The notes: a model not told the origin generated them from the sequence alone. A DNA stretch of 64,000 nucleotides from Verrucomicrobiota bacterium (GCA_038209745.1 JBBQXJ010000008.1:16298-80297); one strand, 5' to 3'; positions 49,293 through 59,080 are shown, numbered from the stretch's first letter. Numbers and translations: made by a program.

Positions 49293-49341
49293 ATCCGGAC
49301 TCCGACCAACGGGTATCCTACCCGTTGGTCGGAGTCCGGAT
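49293..49341. repeat. Perfect 23-bp inverted repeat with TCC/GGA triloop
   Basis: ATCCGGACTCCGACCAACGGGTA-TCC-TACCCGTTGGTCGGAGTCCGGAT. Confidence 0.9.
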
Positions 49342-49589
49342 GGAATCACTCAACCGTGTGGGCCACAGCGGTAGGCGAAACCCTTCGGAACCTGCACGGC
49401 CCACCGGCCAGGCTGGGAGTCCGATTGCAAGTCGATTCGTAATTTCGCCAATCTTCGCATCGTTTTGGCTGGCAGGTTCTTAGTTCGCCCTCTACATCCA
49501 ACCGGTATTCACCCCGTGAAAACGAAGGCGAAAGGAAACGAACCAATTCTGTTGCCAAGTGATGCCAAATCTCACGTTTCAATCGGTCG

Positions 49590-49672
49590 GTTCGGTGCAA
49601 CTCGCGGCCCAGAAACGTCATCGGATTTGCATGGCCTGTGTAAGTTGGGACGAGCAAGGCATAATGCGCCAT
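49590..49672 (-). pseudogene. 5' fragment of a family-1 (MGT-like) glycosyltransferase
   Basis: MAHYALLVPTYTGHANPMTFLGRELHR matches the GT1 N-terminal P..GH.NP...L.REL.R motif; similarity stops after ~27 aa. Confidence 0.6.
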
Positions 49673-49759
49673 GTCTGGTCAGATTACGGAAAGGATGAGC
49701 ATGGGCAAACCCCATCCAGTCATAGAGCATACGCGCCGCGCGCGATTCGACCCGCCTCC

Positions 49760-50607
49760 TCACGGCAATAGTTTCACGAGGTAGAACTGCTGCTGCTGCT
49801 GGAAGGCATTGGCGATCGTCACTTTCTGGGCAGTGCCGTCGCCCGTCCTCATGGACCCTGGAACTTCGACCCACCCTCCGGTGGAGAAGTTCGTGCGGCT
49901 TTCGACGATGAAGCGTTGGCCCCGGTTTCCGGAGAAACGAAAACCCAGTTCGCTGGCGGTATAGCTGGCGAGGGATATTTTGGATTCCTTCCGGGCCGTC
50001 GCGGCGGTGCCTTTGATCGGCATCCTGCGATTGCTGGTCGGGTCGGCCGCTCCCCACGTGGCTCCATCGTTGAACGAGTCCGCGCTTCCAAAGGGTTCCA
50101 GCCGCGCCGGTGGTCATGAGCGGTGTGGCGGGTGTCCTGATGACGGGGCGCTGGGTGCTGCCCCCACGGTGATGAACACTATGGGGTGGGTCTCCCCGGA
50201 GAGGTTCATCATCAGCCCGGTGCTGGAGGAGCGTTTGCCGGTGCCCGGGTCGTCGGAATAAATCAGGAGCCGGACCACCGGGGTGGGTTGCCGAGATCCC
50301 GGCTGCCCAAGACCAAGTCCACGGAGTCGAGCGCGTAGGTCTGCGGTCCGAGGCAGAATTTGTTCGCCTGCCAAACGTTGGGAGCGGCGAAACCCTGGCC
50401 ACTAAAACTGGCGCCGCTGTTGTTAAAAATCGTGATAGGTCCGCCCGCCGACGGGGTCGTTGCAAGCATACTCCAGAATCCTCCTTCGATCACGGAGCGG
50501 TTGTCGTTCATCCGGCCTGTGGCGAGCTGGCCGATGGTGCTACTGAGGGCGAAACCGCCGCCGGCACTCGAATTGCCACCAACGGCGATGAAGAACTGTA
50601 AACGGCT
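49760..50607 (-). pseudogene. Frameshifted, 5'-truncated secreted/surface protein gene
   Basis: Consecutive protein-like pieces in different frames: GGNSSAGGGFALSSTIGQ..IEGGFWS..ANKFCLGPQTYALDSVDL; PVVRLLIYSDDPGTGK; SFNDGATW..FRFSGNRGQRFIVESRTNFSTGGWVEV..QQFYLVKLLP. No start codon or signal peptide. Confidence 0.7.
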
Positions 50608-53600
50608 CTAAAAATTCAACCGTAGGCTGAGCGTCAAGGTCCGGCCGCGCGGGAGAGTGGCGTGGAGGTTCAGAGGGCTGAGCCGATAGTCCTGGTCGAA
50701 GACGTTGAGCAGGCTGCAACGGAGTTCCGCGACGCGGCGAGGAAGGCGATAGCCGAGGGTGACATTGTGCTGCCAGAAATCGTCGCCGGGCCGTGCGGGG
50801 GTGTAGCCGGAGTTTTCCTGATGGAACCACGCGGATTCCCATTGGGCGAAGACGCCGCTGGAGTGGTGGAAGTTCGCGGTCAGCGAAAACGTCTGGAGCA
50901 CCCCACGCTCGTCCTGTTCCAGTCCGGCCAAGCCCGGCGTTCCGGCGGGGATGTCGGGAAACTGGCCGTTCAGTTCCGCTTCGCTGACGCGGTAGTGCGC
51001 GCCGACTGAAAAGCTTTCTCCGAGCAGTTGCCCGAAGTAGGCAGAGACGGAGCGTTCGCGGAAGGCCACCGACTGGCGCGTGCCCGACGGCGAATCGGCC
51101 AGCGCGAGGAACGGGATGGAATTCGTCAGCACGCCGACCATGCGGTCGCCGTCGGACTCCAGCCATTGACCCTCGATGCCGAACCACGTGCCCGAGGCGA
51201 AAGACTGGTCGAAGCCCAGTCCTGCGCTGTCGAAACGAGCTCCCGGCACGAGGCCGCCGGCACTCTCGGGCACTAGGCTGCGGAATGCCTGGTTGAATCC
51301 GCCGACCTGCGTCGGCTCCAGGCGCTCGCTCTGGTCGAACGAAGCTCCCCCCAGCGACCGCGCGAACCCGGCGCGGAATACGCCACGATGCCACGGTTGG
51401 TAGATGATCCCGGCTTTCGGCGCCAAGAGGAACCGAGTCTCGGTGCCGTTTGCTACGGGCGGCAGTTCGCTGTTCAACGGGTGCTCCAGCAGGTCGTAGG
51501 CGACGCCAGCGGTGAGGTGGAGCGTCGGCAGCAGATGCCACGTTTCGTAGCCGTAGAGACTGAAGCGCTGAATCGGATCGGCCACCGTTTGGTCCGTCAC
51601 GATGCCGGCGAATCCACGACCCAGACTGGCGTGCGTCTCGACATCACCTCTCTGCCAGCGGCCGCCGACCACCAACGCCTGCTGCTCCGATTGCCAGATC
51701 TGCTGGAGCTCGGCGGTCCAGAGCTTGGTGGCGCTGGTCTGGTCCAGAGCGAAGGCGGGGCCGGCTGGCGGCGACTGTACCTCGACGTCTGTGCCGCCGT
51801 TTTTGCGAACGAACACGAGATTCGGTTGGGGATCGTGCAGCGTGAGATTGTCCTCGATGTGTGACAGGAGAAACAACGTGTGGCTGCCGGCGGACCACGC
51901 GTGATGCCAGCCGAGGTGCAGGGCGGGCTCCTGGTCTTCGCGGACATGGAACCCGCTCTTGGCCGAAGCGGGATCATAGTAGTCGGCCACGCCGCCCGCG
52001 TCGCTCCGGTAGTCGCCGACCTGAAAGTAGAGCTCGACGTCGACTGTGATCCGTTGCTTCGCTGTGAGGATGAACTGACGGCGTTCGGCGGCTTGGTCCA
52101 CCCGTTCGCCGACGGAGTTTTCGAAGGATGCGTCGAGCGCGTAGCTGAGGCCGTCGACGGTGCCGAAGAAGCTCGCGCTCTGCCGCCAGTCGCCGTTGTC
52201 GGTGTATTCGGTCAACGACGCCACCGCCAGAGGCCGTGGATCGAAGAAGCGCAGGTGGTCCTGCTGGTCGAGCAGCTGCGACAGGTTTCCTGCGCCGGGC
52301 GGTGCCAGGAGATTCGCCACGAGCAGTTCTGCATTGCGCGCGGTTTCGAGACGAAGATTGAAGCGGCTCCGGTCTTCTTGGGCTTGATGGCTGTTGGCGA
52401 GGAAGAGGTGGGCTGAGAATTCGGCGTAGTCTTCGGTCACTGCACGGGCGGCGGCTTGGTGACTGACGTCGGCCAGGCCGACGTCGGCGTAAAGCGCGGC
52501 GAGATTGGCGCTGCGGATCGCTCGGTCGCCGTCAAGCAGGAGGCGTGAACGGAAAACGGCGCGGTTGTCGTTGCGGTCGGCGGCGGCTTCAAGATCGCGA
52601 ATCGCGTCGTTCAGCCGGTTCTGCTGCCAGAGCCGGAGACCGGAATAGAACCAGCCGGTCGGCTCGGCGGGATCGAGGCGTTTGGCGAGATCCAGCTCCT
52701 TGGTAGCGGCCTCGTTGTCGCCACTCTCGCTGGCGGCCTTGCCGAGGTAGGCGCGGAAGAGGCCACGCTGCGGCTCAAGAGCGGCGGCGGTCCGGAAGGC
52801 TTCGCGGGCAGCGGCGAATTCGCGCGAACGCATCCGACAGAGTCCCGAGCCGATCCAACCCGGACCGTAGGCCGGATCAAGCCGGAGCGCTTCGACGAAG
52901 GCGGACATGGCTCCGCGCTCACGGAACTGGTCGAGAGCGATGAAGCCGCGTAGCGCGTGGGCCGGAGCGTAGGCGGGGGACAATTCGGCCGCCAAGGCCA
53001 GGGCCTCCAGCGCGGCGTGGCGATTGCCAAAGGCGAATTCAAGTTCGGCCAATCGGGCTTGGGCGATGCCGAATCGCGGAGCCAACCCGGTCGCTGTTCG
53101 CGCTGCGTCGCGAGCACCGGCCAGCTCGCCGCGCGCCTGCAAGGTGAAGCTCCGGGCCAACGATTCGCTTGGGGTCGGCGGCGTGGACAAGGAGCCGGTT
53201 GAGCGGCCTTGAACGGTGGCGACGAGTTCGCGCAGCGCGCGGGCGGCGGGCCGGTCGATTCCGGCGACCAAGCGGTCGGCGGTTTCGGCCTGACCGACGC
53301 CAAGCAAGAGGGCGGCGCGCAGGCATCGCGCGTCTTCACCTTCGCTTGACGCCGCATTTGGCAGAGCGGCGAGCGCCGCAAGCAAGTCGCCGGTTTCGTA
53401 ACGGCTGAGCGACTCCTGAAGCCGCTCGCGATCCTGCGCTGTGAGCACAAGGTCCGTCGGAGCTACGACGGCTGGATAATAGAGCGCCCACTGGATCGGG
53501 CTCACCACGTCGAGCAATGCAGTTGTGTGCGGGGGCTGGCCGGCGGCGAGCCGCAGTTCATGGCCGCGCTCAACGGTGGTTTCGCCGGCATCGGAGCGCA

Positions 53601-54063
53601 ATGTCACGCGGCCGTCGATCAGGGCGAGACGCAGGCCGTCGTCGGAGCTGGCGAGGAGGAATTCGGTGCCGCGAATGGCTCCGCTGGCCAACGGGGTGTC
53701 GAACTCCACGTCGGTTGGGCGTTCGCGGTTGAAGAAGTAGAGCGAGCCGGCAGGAAGTCCGAAGCGGCGCCTCTCGGCGCGGATCGGCGGAAGGATCTCC
53801 AGCGTGGTGCGTTCGTTGAGGCGGACCACACTGAGATCGGAAAGGCGAACTGCAGCGCGGCTGTTCTCGGCGGTCCGGACCCTCGCACCAGGAACGAGTT
53901 TCGCCCCGATGGTCGCCGCTTGCCAATTGGTGGCGCCAACGTTCAGCAGCTCCACGCGGCCCGCGACCTCGATGAGGATGCTGGGCGGCGGGTTCGTCTC
54001 GGCCGCTGTCGCGATGGCAGCGGCCGACAGGCAGAACAACAAGATGCAGATCCACCGGGACAC
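50608..54063 (-). CDS. Outer-membrane protein: signal peptide, FecR domain, TPR repeats, TonB-receptor-like beta-barrel; start uncertain (GTG 54063, ORF open to 54240)
   Basis: VRTAENSRAAVRLSDLSVVRLNERTTLEI..FDTPLASGAIRGTEF..LIDGRVTL (FecR); Ala-rich TPR helices (AAALEPQ, AKRLDPAEP); alternating beta-strands ending in LSLRLNF. Confidence 0.85.
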   Translation of the reverse strand: MSRWICILLFCLSAAAIATAAETNPPPSILIEVAGRVELLNVGATNWQAATIGAKLVPGARVRTAENSRAAVRLSDLSVVRLNERTTLEILPPIRAERRRFGLPAGSLYFFNRERPTDVEFDTPLASGAIRGTEFLLASSDDGLRLALIDGRVTLRSDAGETTVERGHELRLAAGQPPHTTALLDVVSPIQWALYYPAVVAPTDLVLTAQDRERLQESLSRYETGDLLAALAALPNAASSEGEDARCLRAALLLGVGQAETADRLVAGIDRPAARALRELVATVQGRSTGSLSTPPTPSESLARSFTLQARGELAGARDAARTATGLAPRFGIAQARLAELEFAFGNRHAALEALALAAELSPAYAPAHALRGFIALDQFRERGAMSAFVEALRLDPAYGPGWIGSGLCRMRSREFAAAREAFRTAAALEPQRGLFRAYLGKAASESGDNEAATKELDLAKRLDPAEPTGWFYSGLRLWQQNRLNDAIRDLEAAADRNDNRAVFRSRLLLDGDRAIRSANLAALYADVGLADVSHQAAARAVTEDYAEFSAHLFLANSHQAQEDRSRFNLRLETARNAELLVANLLAPPGAGNLSQLLDQQDHLRFFDPRPLAVASLTEYTDNGDWRQSASFFGTVDGLSYALDASFENSVGERVDQAAERRQFILTAKQRITVDVELYFQVGDYRSDAGGVADYYDPASAKSGFHVREDQEPALHLGWHHAWSAGSHTLFLLSHIEDNLTLHDPQPNLVFVRKNGGTDVEVQSPPAGPAFALDQTSATKLWTAELQQIWQSEQQALVVGGRWQRGDVETHASLGRGFAGIVTDQTVADPIQRFSLYGYETWHLLPTLHLTAGVAYDLLEHPLNSELPPVANGTETRFLLAPKAGIIYQPWHRGVFRAGFARSLGGASFDQSERLEPTQVGGFNQAFRSLVPESAGGLVPGARFDSAGLGFDQSFASGTWFGIEGQWLESDGDRMVGVLTNSIPFLALADSPSGTRQSVAFRERSVSAYFGQLLGESFSVGAHYRVSEAELNGQFPDIPAGTPGLAGLEQDERGVLQTFSLTANFHHSSGVFAQWESAWFHQENSGYTPARPGDDFWQHNVTLGYRLPRRVAELRCSLLNVFDQDYRLSPLNLHATLPRGRTLTLSLRLNF

Positions 54064-54275
54064 GGCCCCAGCGTGGGAGATCGGCCTACGGAGGGGAAGC
54101 GGTGAAGCGGCGAACGGCCCGCGCCACCTCTGAGCCGCCGCAGAACCGGGTTCCGACCCGGTGGAAGTTGGCTTCGAAGCACACACGATGGTTAAGATTT
54201 GTCCGAAGCGGCTTCCGCGAGACTCCAGGTCCCGCTCCACGGCGGAAGGATTTTCATCCCGGTTTCAGGTGAAGC

Positions 54276-55649
54276 TCAGGGAGCCGAAGTCGCGATGATG
54301 AACAGGGCGGCATTGGTGCCCTTCAAGACCCCGTTTTGAAACTGCCGTCGGACGAACATCCCGTGAGCACCGTCGATGAAGTTTAGGTCGTATTCATTCC
54401 AGCGGTCGGCCTTGAACTGGACGACCAGCGAAAAGGTGTCCGCTCCTGTTGCGGCGTAGGTGTAGGTGAAGTCGGTCGGCGCACTGTCGTCGTGCTGTAC
54501 CCCGGTGGCCGTCTGGAAGACGAGATTCTCAGGCACGGCACCGCTCAGCATGGTGTAGGTCAATCCTGCGGGGGACACCGGCGGCGGATTCGTGACAGCG
54601 ATGTCCGTCACGGGCGTCACGGTGCCACCGTTGGATCCGGCCAACCCGGTGGGGCTGAAGACGCCGGTGTCGGTGTTTTTGAGAGTGCCTCGGCGGTATT
54701 GACGGCGCACGAAATGTCCGGACGGACCATCGGTGAAGACGAGATCGATTTCGTAACGGTCGCCACCCGCGCCGTAATAGCCGAATTTCATCACGAGCGA
54801 CGCGGTGTTCGTGGAGAGCACGGTGTAGGTGTAGACGAAGCCATTGGTGGACGAACCTTCCGAGACGACGCCCTGGATCTCCACGCCGGCCGTCGTGTCG
54901 GAGAAGCCGTACTGGTCCGGCACGCCGATGGCCTGGAAGTAGTAGAGCAACCCGGCCAGCGAAGCAGGTGGAGCCGGTGGTTCCGACGCGGTGGCTCCTC
55001 CGCCCGCCGCGCCGTTCGTGGAGACGACGACCAGGGTTCCGGCGAGATCCCCGAGCACCCGGAAGAGCCCCGTGTGCCTGTTTTTCAGGCGGCCGTTGCG
55101 ATACTCCTCGGTGAGCCAGGTGCCGGCGTTCGTCGTGGCGAAGGAATAGGTCAGCACATTGCTGCGGGTCGCGGAATAGACGATGTCGGCCCGGGCTTCG
55201 TTCTCGCCGGTTCGGCGAAATTCGTAGGCGAAGGCGGCGGACTGTCCCTCGGAGAGATCCGCGCCGTTGGTCTCGCCGAGGAAGTCCATCAGTTCGCCAC
55301 CGGGTTCGTCGTCCATCTGGAAGCGCCATCCGGCGACGGACCAAGGGGCGACACCATTGGTGGGACCGTCCATCACACGCACCCGGTAGAAGCGGTGGAC
55401 GCCATTGTCTTCGCGGGCGGAGAACAGCTTTCGGTCGCGACCGCCGTGGCCGGGCTCGGGCTCGCCGAGATCCGTCCAGTCGGTGAGGTTGGTCGAGCTT
55501 TGCAGGACGTAGCTGTGGCCGGGCACGGTGTCGTGCTCAACTTCCACCGCGTGGTTGATGCGGAGGACATCATCGGCGCCGGCGGCGCGCGTTGAGGAAG
55601 CGGCCACCAGTCCGACGGCGATGGCCAGGAGAGGAAGGAATTGTTTCAT
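54276..55649 (-). CDS. Secreted protein with an N-terminal YVLQSSTNLTDW-type beta domain and three tandem ~105-aa beta-rich repeats
   Basis: Signal peptide MKQFLPLLAIAVGLVAASSTRA. Repeats start APWSVAG / PPASLAG / PPVSPAG and end YRNGRLKNRHTGLF / YRRGTLKNTDTGVF / FQNGVLKGTNAALF. Confidence 0.82.
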   Translation of the reverse strand: MKQFLPLLAIAVGLVAASSTRAAGADDVLRINHAVEVEHDTVPGHSYVLQSSTNLTDWTDLGEPEPGHGGRDRKLFSAREDNGVHRFYRVRVMDGPTNGVAPWSVAGWRFQMDDEPGGELMDFLGETNGADLSEGQSAAFAYEFRRTGENEARADIVYSATRSNVLTYSFATTNAGTWLTEEYRNGRLKNRHTGLFRVLGDLAGTLVVVSTNGAAGGGATASEPPAPPASLAGLLYYFQAIGVPDQYGFSDTTAGVEIQGVVSEGSSTNGFVYTYTVLSTNTASLVMKFGYYGAGGDRYEIDLVFTDGPSGHFVRRQYRRGTLKNTDTGVFSPTGLAGSNGGTVTPVTDIAVTNPPPVSPAGLTYTMLSGAVPENLVFQTATGVQHDDSAPTDFTYTYAATGADTFSLVVQFKADRWNEYDLNFIDGAHGMFVRRQFQNGVLKGTNAALFIIATSAP

Positions 55650-55698
55650 GGTTTCGATGGGTTGTGCCGACGTTTCCGAAGGCGGTTGATCCATTGTT

Positions 55699-55715
55699 AG
55701 CAGCCGCTCTGCCAA
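55699..55715 (-). promoter_or_regulatory. sigma54 promoter P1
   Basis: Minus strand TTGGCAGAGCGGCTGCT (GG-N10-GC), 50 nt upstream of ATG 55649. Confidence 0.7.
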
Positions 55716-55775
55716 GGCTCCGGAGGCTTGGAAAGGGGCTTGAATACGATTGGAACCGGGAGTGGAGATCGGGGG

Positions 55776-55813
55776 CGTTCCGGGAGCGGAACAAGTGTTC
55801 CGCTGTCGCGGAT
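55776..55813. promoter_or_regulatory. Upstream activator site(s) for P1
   Basis: cGTTCCG-GGAG-CGGAACA (55776-55793) and a degenerate TGTTCCG-CTGT-CGCGGAT 20 bp away. Confidence 0.7.
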
Positions 55814-55997
55814 CTGAACCCCAAATCCTCGGCCGAAGCCTTGCCCTGAAGACGGAATCGAACCACGCAAAGCTGGGGTCTCCGAACAGAACGGGATTTT
55901 CCCGTGCTTTCCGTGCCACACGGAACAGCCTCGGAGTCCGACCCGCGTTCACCCGCATCGTTCCAACTGACAGTCCCGCACAGAGAACTGAAAACCG

Positions 55998-56032
55998 AAA
56001 GGGCGACGGACCGCAAAAAGCGGTCCGTCGCC
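55998..56032 (-). terminator. Intrinsic terminator of the 199-aa secreted protein gene
   Basis: GGCGACGGACCGC-N5-GCGGTCCGTCGCC perfect 13-bp stem, followed on the minus strand by CTTTCGGTTTT. Confidence 0.7.
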
Positions 56033-56051
56033 TGATTGTTTCGACGAACGC

Positions 56052-56651
56052 CTACTGTCCGGCAAAGACAGGGTTCCCCGAGGCGTCGGAGATCACGACT
56101 CCGACCAGGGTGTCGCCGGGCATGCTAAATAGCTTTTCGGAGCACGAGCCCGCACCCCCGACGATCACCATGGAGGTGTTCAGGTAGGGATACAGGACGC
56201 CCGATCCGACCACGTGAACGTAGAGGACCGTGCCATCGGGCACGTTCAGCGAGCTCACCTGCGCATTCACGGTCATGTCCATGAGTGTCGGGTAGTACTG
56301 GGCGATCTGGTAGGAGCCGGTGCAGACCGGATAGACACCGTTGATCGGACCGGAAGCCGCATAGATCACAGAGGTCAACGGAGTGGCGGCAGGAAGCGCG
56401 GGGCTGGGAGCCGGTGCCGGTGCTGGAGAGGGCGAGGGAGCGGTGGACCTTCCACCCCCGCCTCCGGTGGCACCGCCTCCACCACTTTTCACGAGACCCC
56501 CTTTGTCGGGTATGGGTGTGGGGGTTGTGCTGCTGACTCCGCCGCCGCTGCCGCCGGAGGCGCGGAGCTGGGGTTGGGCGATCGTGCCGCACAGGGCGAG
56601 CACGGCGGCCAAGGTGAAGAACCGGCCTGCGATTGTCTGAGTGGGCTTCAT
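56052..56651 (-). CDS. Small secreted protein with Gly/Pro-rich linker and a C-terminal beta domain containing two Cys
   Basis: Signal peptide; GGGGATGGGGG and PSPSPAPAPAPSP linker; has its own promoter and terminator. Confidence 0.8.
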   Translation of the reverse strand: MKPTQTIAGRFFTLAAVLALCGTIAQPQLRASGGSGGGVSSTTPTPIPDKGGLVKSGGGGATGGGGGRSTAPSPSPAPAPAPSPALPAATPLTSVIYAASGPINGVYPVCTGSYQIAQYYPTLMDMTVNAQVSSLNVPDGTVLYVHVVGSGVLYPYLNTSMVIVGGAGSCSEKLFSMPGDTLVGVVISDASGNPVFAGQ

Positions 56652-56735
56652 AATTGTGTTTGTCTGACCAACGTTTGTTTATCGAACTCCGCTTCTCTGT
56701 TCCTCATGGAACGGTCGGGGTTCGTCCAACGAGAT

Positions 56736-56751
56736 AGCAGCGGCGATGCCA
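56736..56751 (-). promoter_or_regulatory. sigma54 promoter P2
   Basis: Minus strand TGGCATCGCCGCTGCT (GG-N10-GC), 85 nt upstream of ATG 56651. Confidence 0.7.
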
Positions 56752-56925
56752 CGGAAGATTTGGAACGGGAAGAGGCGCGGCGGATGGCCGAAGGAGAAGG
56801 ACAATCTCGGTGGAAACGGCCTTTTTGCCGCAGGAATGTCGACATTTCCAATTCCCAACCTCAGCAGCGATAAGATTAGGCCGGTTCATTCGAACGGACG
56901 ACGCGAGGCTCCGTGTTCCAATGTG

Positions 56926-56943
56926 TGTTCCGGCGGCGGAACA
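56926..56943. promoter_or_regulatory. Upstream activator site for P2
   Basis: Perfect palindrome TGTTCCG-GCGG-CGGAACA. Confidence 0.7.
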
Positions 56944-57168
56944 TGATAACTGCTGGATCATGAACGCGGGAGCAGTCCGGATTATTCCTCCCATCTTTCG
57001 AGCAAGCGCATCCAGTCTGTGTCCTCCCGCTCCTTGATCTTGCGTGTGGGTTCGGGGAGATGGCTTTCGCAGCATGTCCACGGAGTCCGGAGAAAAGGCT
57101 TCCAATTCTCCCCCGCCCCACGAGCCAAGCTGGAAGCTTCGGCCTGGCCGGCACGAACTTCATCCAAC

Positions 57169-58956
57169 CTACTCGATCCGGATGCGGAGGAAGGTGTTGG
57201 TCCCAGCGGGAAGATTCAGCGAACCGGGCTGTCCGTCTCCGAGGATCGATCCGGCCCTCTCGGTCCATGGCCCCGAGACGTCTTCGGCTTGCTGGATGTA
57301 GTAGCTCTGGCCGGCGACGGTCTCGAAGCGGAACTGCGGTCCATCGACTCCGGCGACCAGATCGCAGCGTGGTGGCACGACGACGTCGAGTTGAAGGGTG
57401 ACGGTCACCGGGTCGGCCAGGTAGTTCGCCACCGTGACCGTGTAGTCGCCCGACTGGTCGCGCGTGACCGCTTTCAGGGACAGGACGATGCTCTTTGCCC
57501 CGGGGATGGCCGAACCACCATGACGCCAGGTCACGGTTACCGGTGGGCTCGCGGCGATCGGGGCGGAAAACTCCACGTCCGTTCCGACGGCCACCGTTCG
57601 TTTCGGCGGCAGGCTCAGGATCGTGGGAGGCTTCGGAGCATCGTTGGTGTTCAGCTGATAGTTCAGCCACGCGATACCGCGAGCACCTGCGACGCCATCG
57701 ACGGCCACGAGGTAGGTCCGGCTTTTCAGCACGGGCAATCGCACGCCGGAAGCGACCCCATTCGAGACTCCGCCGTGGTCGCAGTTGATCGGGATGAGAT
57801 CGGCGTAGGAGGCGGGCGTGCCGTTGAAGGTGTAGACCTCCATCACCGTGTCGTAGGTGCTGCCGACGGTGTCGAGCGACACCATGCCATCGGCGGGCGG
57901 CTGGTAGGACAACCAATACGACGCGCCGCCCGGGACCCCGCAATGGACGGGCTCGGTCGCATCCGTCGTGGCATAGACGGTGTTGAAGATCTGGCTGCCG
58001 TTGTAGCCGCGCACCACGCCGACCGGGCCGCCGGACGGCTGGCGCAAGGACGACTGGACCCGGCGATTGGGCGTCGCCGGAACAACTGCATTCCCTCCAC
58101 GGTCGTCGACGCCGATCAACGGGGACGCGAGGGCGTCGAAGGGTTTGTCGCGGGCGAGCGCGTTGGTCTGTCCGTCGGAGTTGACCTGGATCTCCACCGG
58201 TGTCGTGTCGATCTCCAGCCGATTCCCTCCGTTGCCCACGCGGATGCGGAGCGAATAACGGCCGACATTGGTCACCTGCAGGCTGGGGATGAAAAGCGTG
58301 GGCCCCGTCGCGTCGAAAGACTCGTCGTTGAACCGCCACTGGAGATCCACGTCCGGCGCGGCGTCGAGCGCGATGGTCAGAGTCACTGGGTCGCCGAGCC
58401 GGGCGGCGCGGTCGCCCGGCACGGAGACGACGACCGGCGGCGGCGTGGTCAAATCGATGAAGTCCCAGTGCAGATGGATCGAACCGACAGCGCCGTCGAA
58501 ACCGTCCACCGCGATCTCGTAGCGCACGCCGGCCCGTGCGCCGAACCGGATCAAGCTGGTCGGAGCGGCGCCGGGCTGGTCGTCGTTGCGCGCCGTTTCG
58601 TGGAGCTTGTCCACAGTGGTTTCGCCGGGGGCGAGCGTGTAGGCCGAGAGCAGCGTGTCGAAGGAACTGCCGGCCGTGCGGAACGTGGCGACGCCATCCG
58701 CCGGGGCGATCCACGAAATCCAGACCGAGTGGCCGCCGCTCTTGCCGCCGTGTTTCGGTTCCCCGTTCTCGAACGTCGCGGTCAGATTGTCTCCCACCAG
58801 ATCGCCGGTTGGGGTGGCGACGGTTTCGCGTCCGGCGAAGCTGTCTGAAAAGCTGGCGGCACGGCCGACCCTCCCTCCTAACAGGATCAGGAGAAGCACG
58901 ACGGGCCAAAGGCCGTGTCGCGCGCAGAACCATCGTCTGTCCGCCGAGGTGTTCAT
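57169..58956 (-). CDS. Secreted protein with two PPC-like beta-sandwich domains, two immunoglobulin-like domains and a C-terminal beta domain
   Basis: Duplicated EP.H...GG.S.W....PADG......GS..DT....Y...Y..AVDG unit. Ig-like QWRFN..LFIPSLQVTNVGRYSL and TWRHGG..LSLKAVTRDQSGDYTV. Confidence 0.85.
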   Translation of the reverse strand: MNTSADRRWFCARHGLWPVVLLLILLGGRVGRAASFSDSFAGRETVATPTGDLVGDNLTATFENGEPKHGGKSGGHSVWISWIAPADGVATFRTAGSSFDTLLSAYTLAPGETTVDKLHETARNDDQPGAAPTSLIRFGARAGVRYEIAVDGFDGAVGSIHLHWDFIDLTTPPPVVVSVPGDRAARLGDPVTLTIALDAAPDVDLQWRFNDESFDATGPTLFIPSLQVTNVGRYSLRIRVGNGGNRLEIDTTPVEIQVNSDGQTNALARDKPFDALASPLIGVDDRGGNAVVPATPNRRVQSSLRQPSGGPVGVVRGYNGSQIFNTVYATTDATEPVHCGVPGGASYWLSYQPPADGMVSLDTVGSTYDTVMEVYTFNGTPASYADLIPINCDHGGVSNGVASGVRLPVLKSRTYLVAVDGVAGARGIAWLNYQLNTNDAPKPPTILSLPPKRTVAVGTDVEFSAPIAASPPVTVTWRHGGSAIPGAKSIVLSLKAVTRDQSGDYTVTVANYLADPVTVTLQLDVVVPPRCDLVAGVDGPQFRFETVAGQSYYIQQAEDVSGPWTERAGSILGDGQPGSLNLPAGTNTFLRIRIE

Positions 58957-59022
58957 CAGGTGCCGAGGATCGACGCAGCCGGTCGGATTCTGCCGATGCG
59001 CCGATCCACAACGTTCGACCGT

Positions 59023-59038
59023 AGCGGGAAGAATGCCA
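59023..59038 (-). promoter_or_regulatory. sigma54 promoter P3
   Basis: Minus strand TGGCATTCTTCCCGCT (GG-N10-GC), 67 nt upstream of ATG 58956. Confidence 0.65.
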
Positions 59039-59080
59039 GAGCGCGAGAAACGGGAAAGAGGAAGGTTCCATCGGCGAAAC

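Noticed and set aside
49246..49420. Retron msr/msd, group II intron domain V, or c-di-GMP riboswitch
   Set aside because: No reverse transcriptase in the window and the diagnostic consensus motifs are not matched.
55905..55919. TGGCACGGAAAGC as an additional sigma54 promoter
   Set aside because: GG-to-GC spacing is 8, not the required 10.
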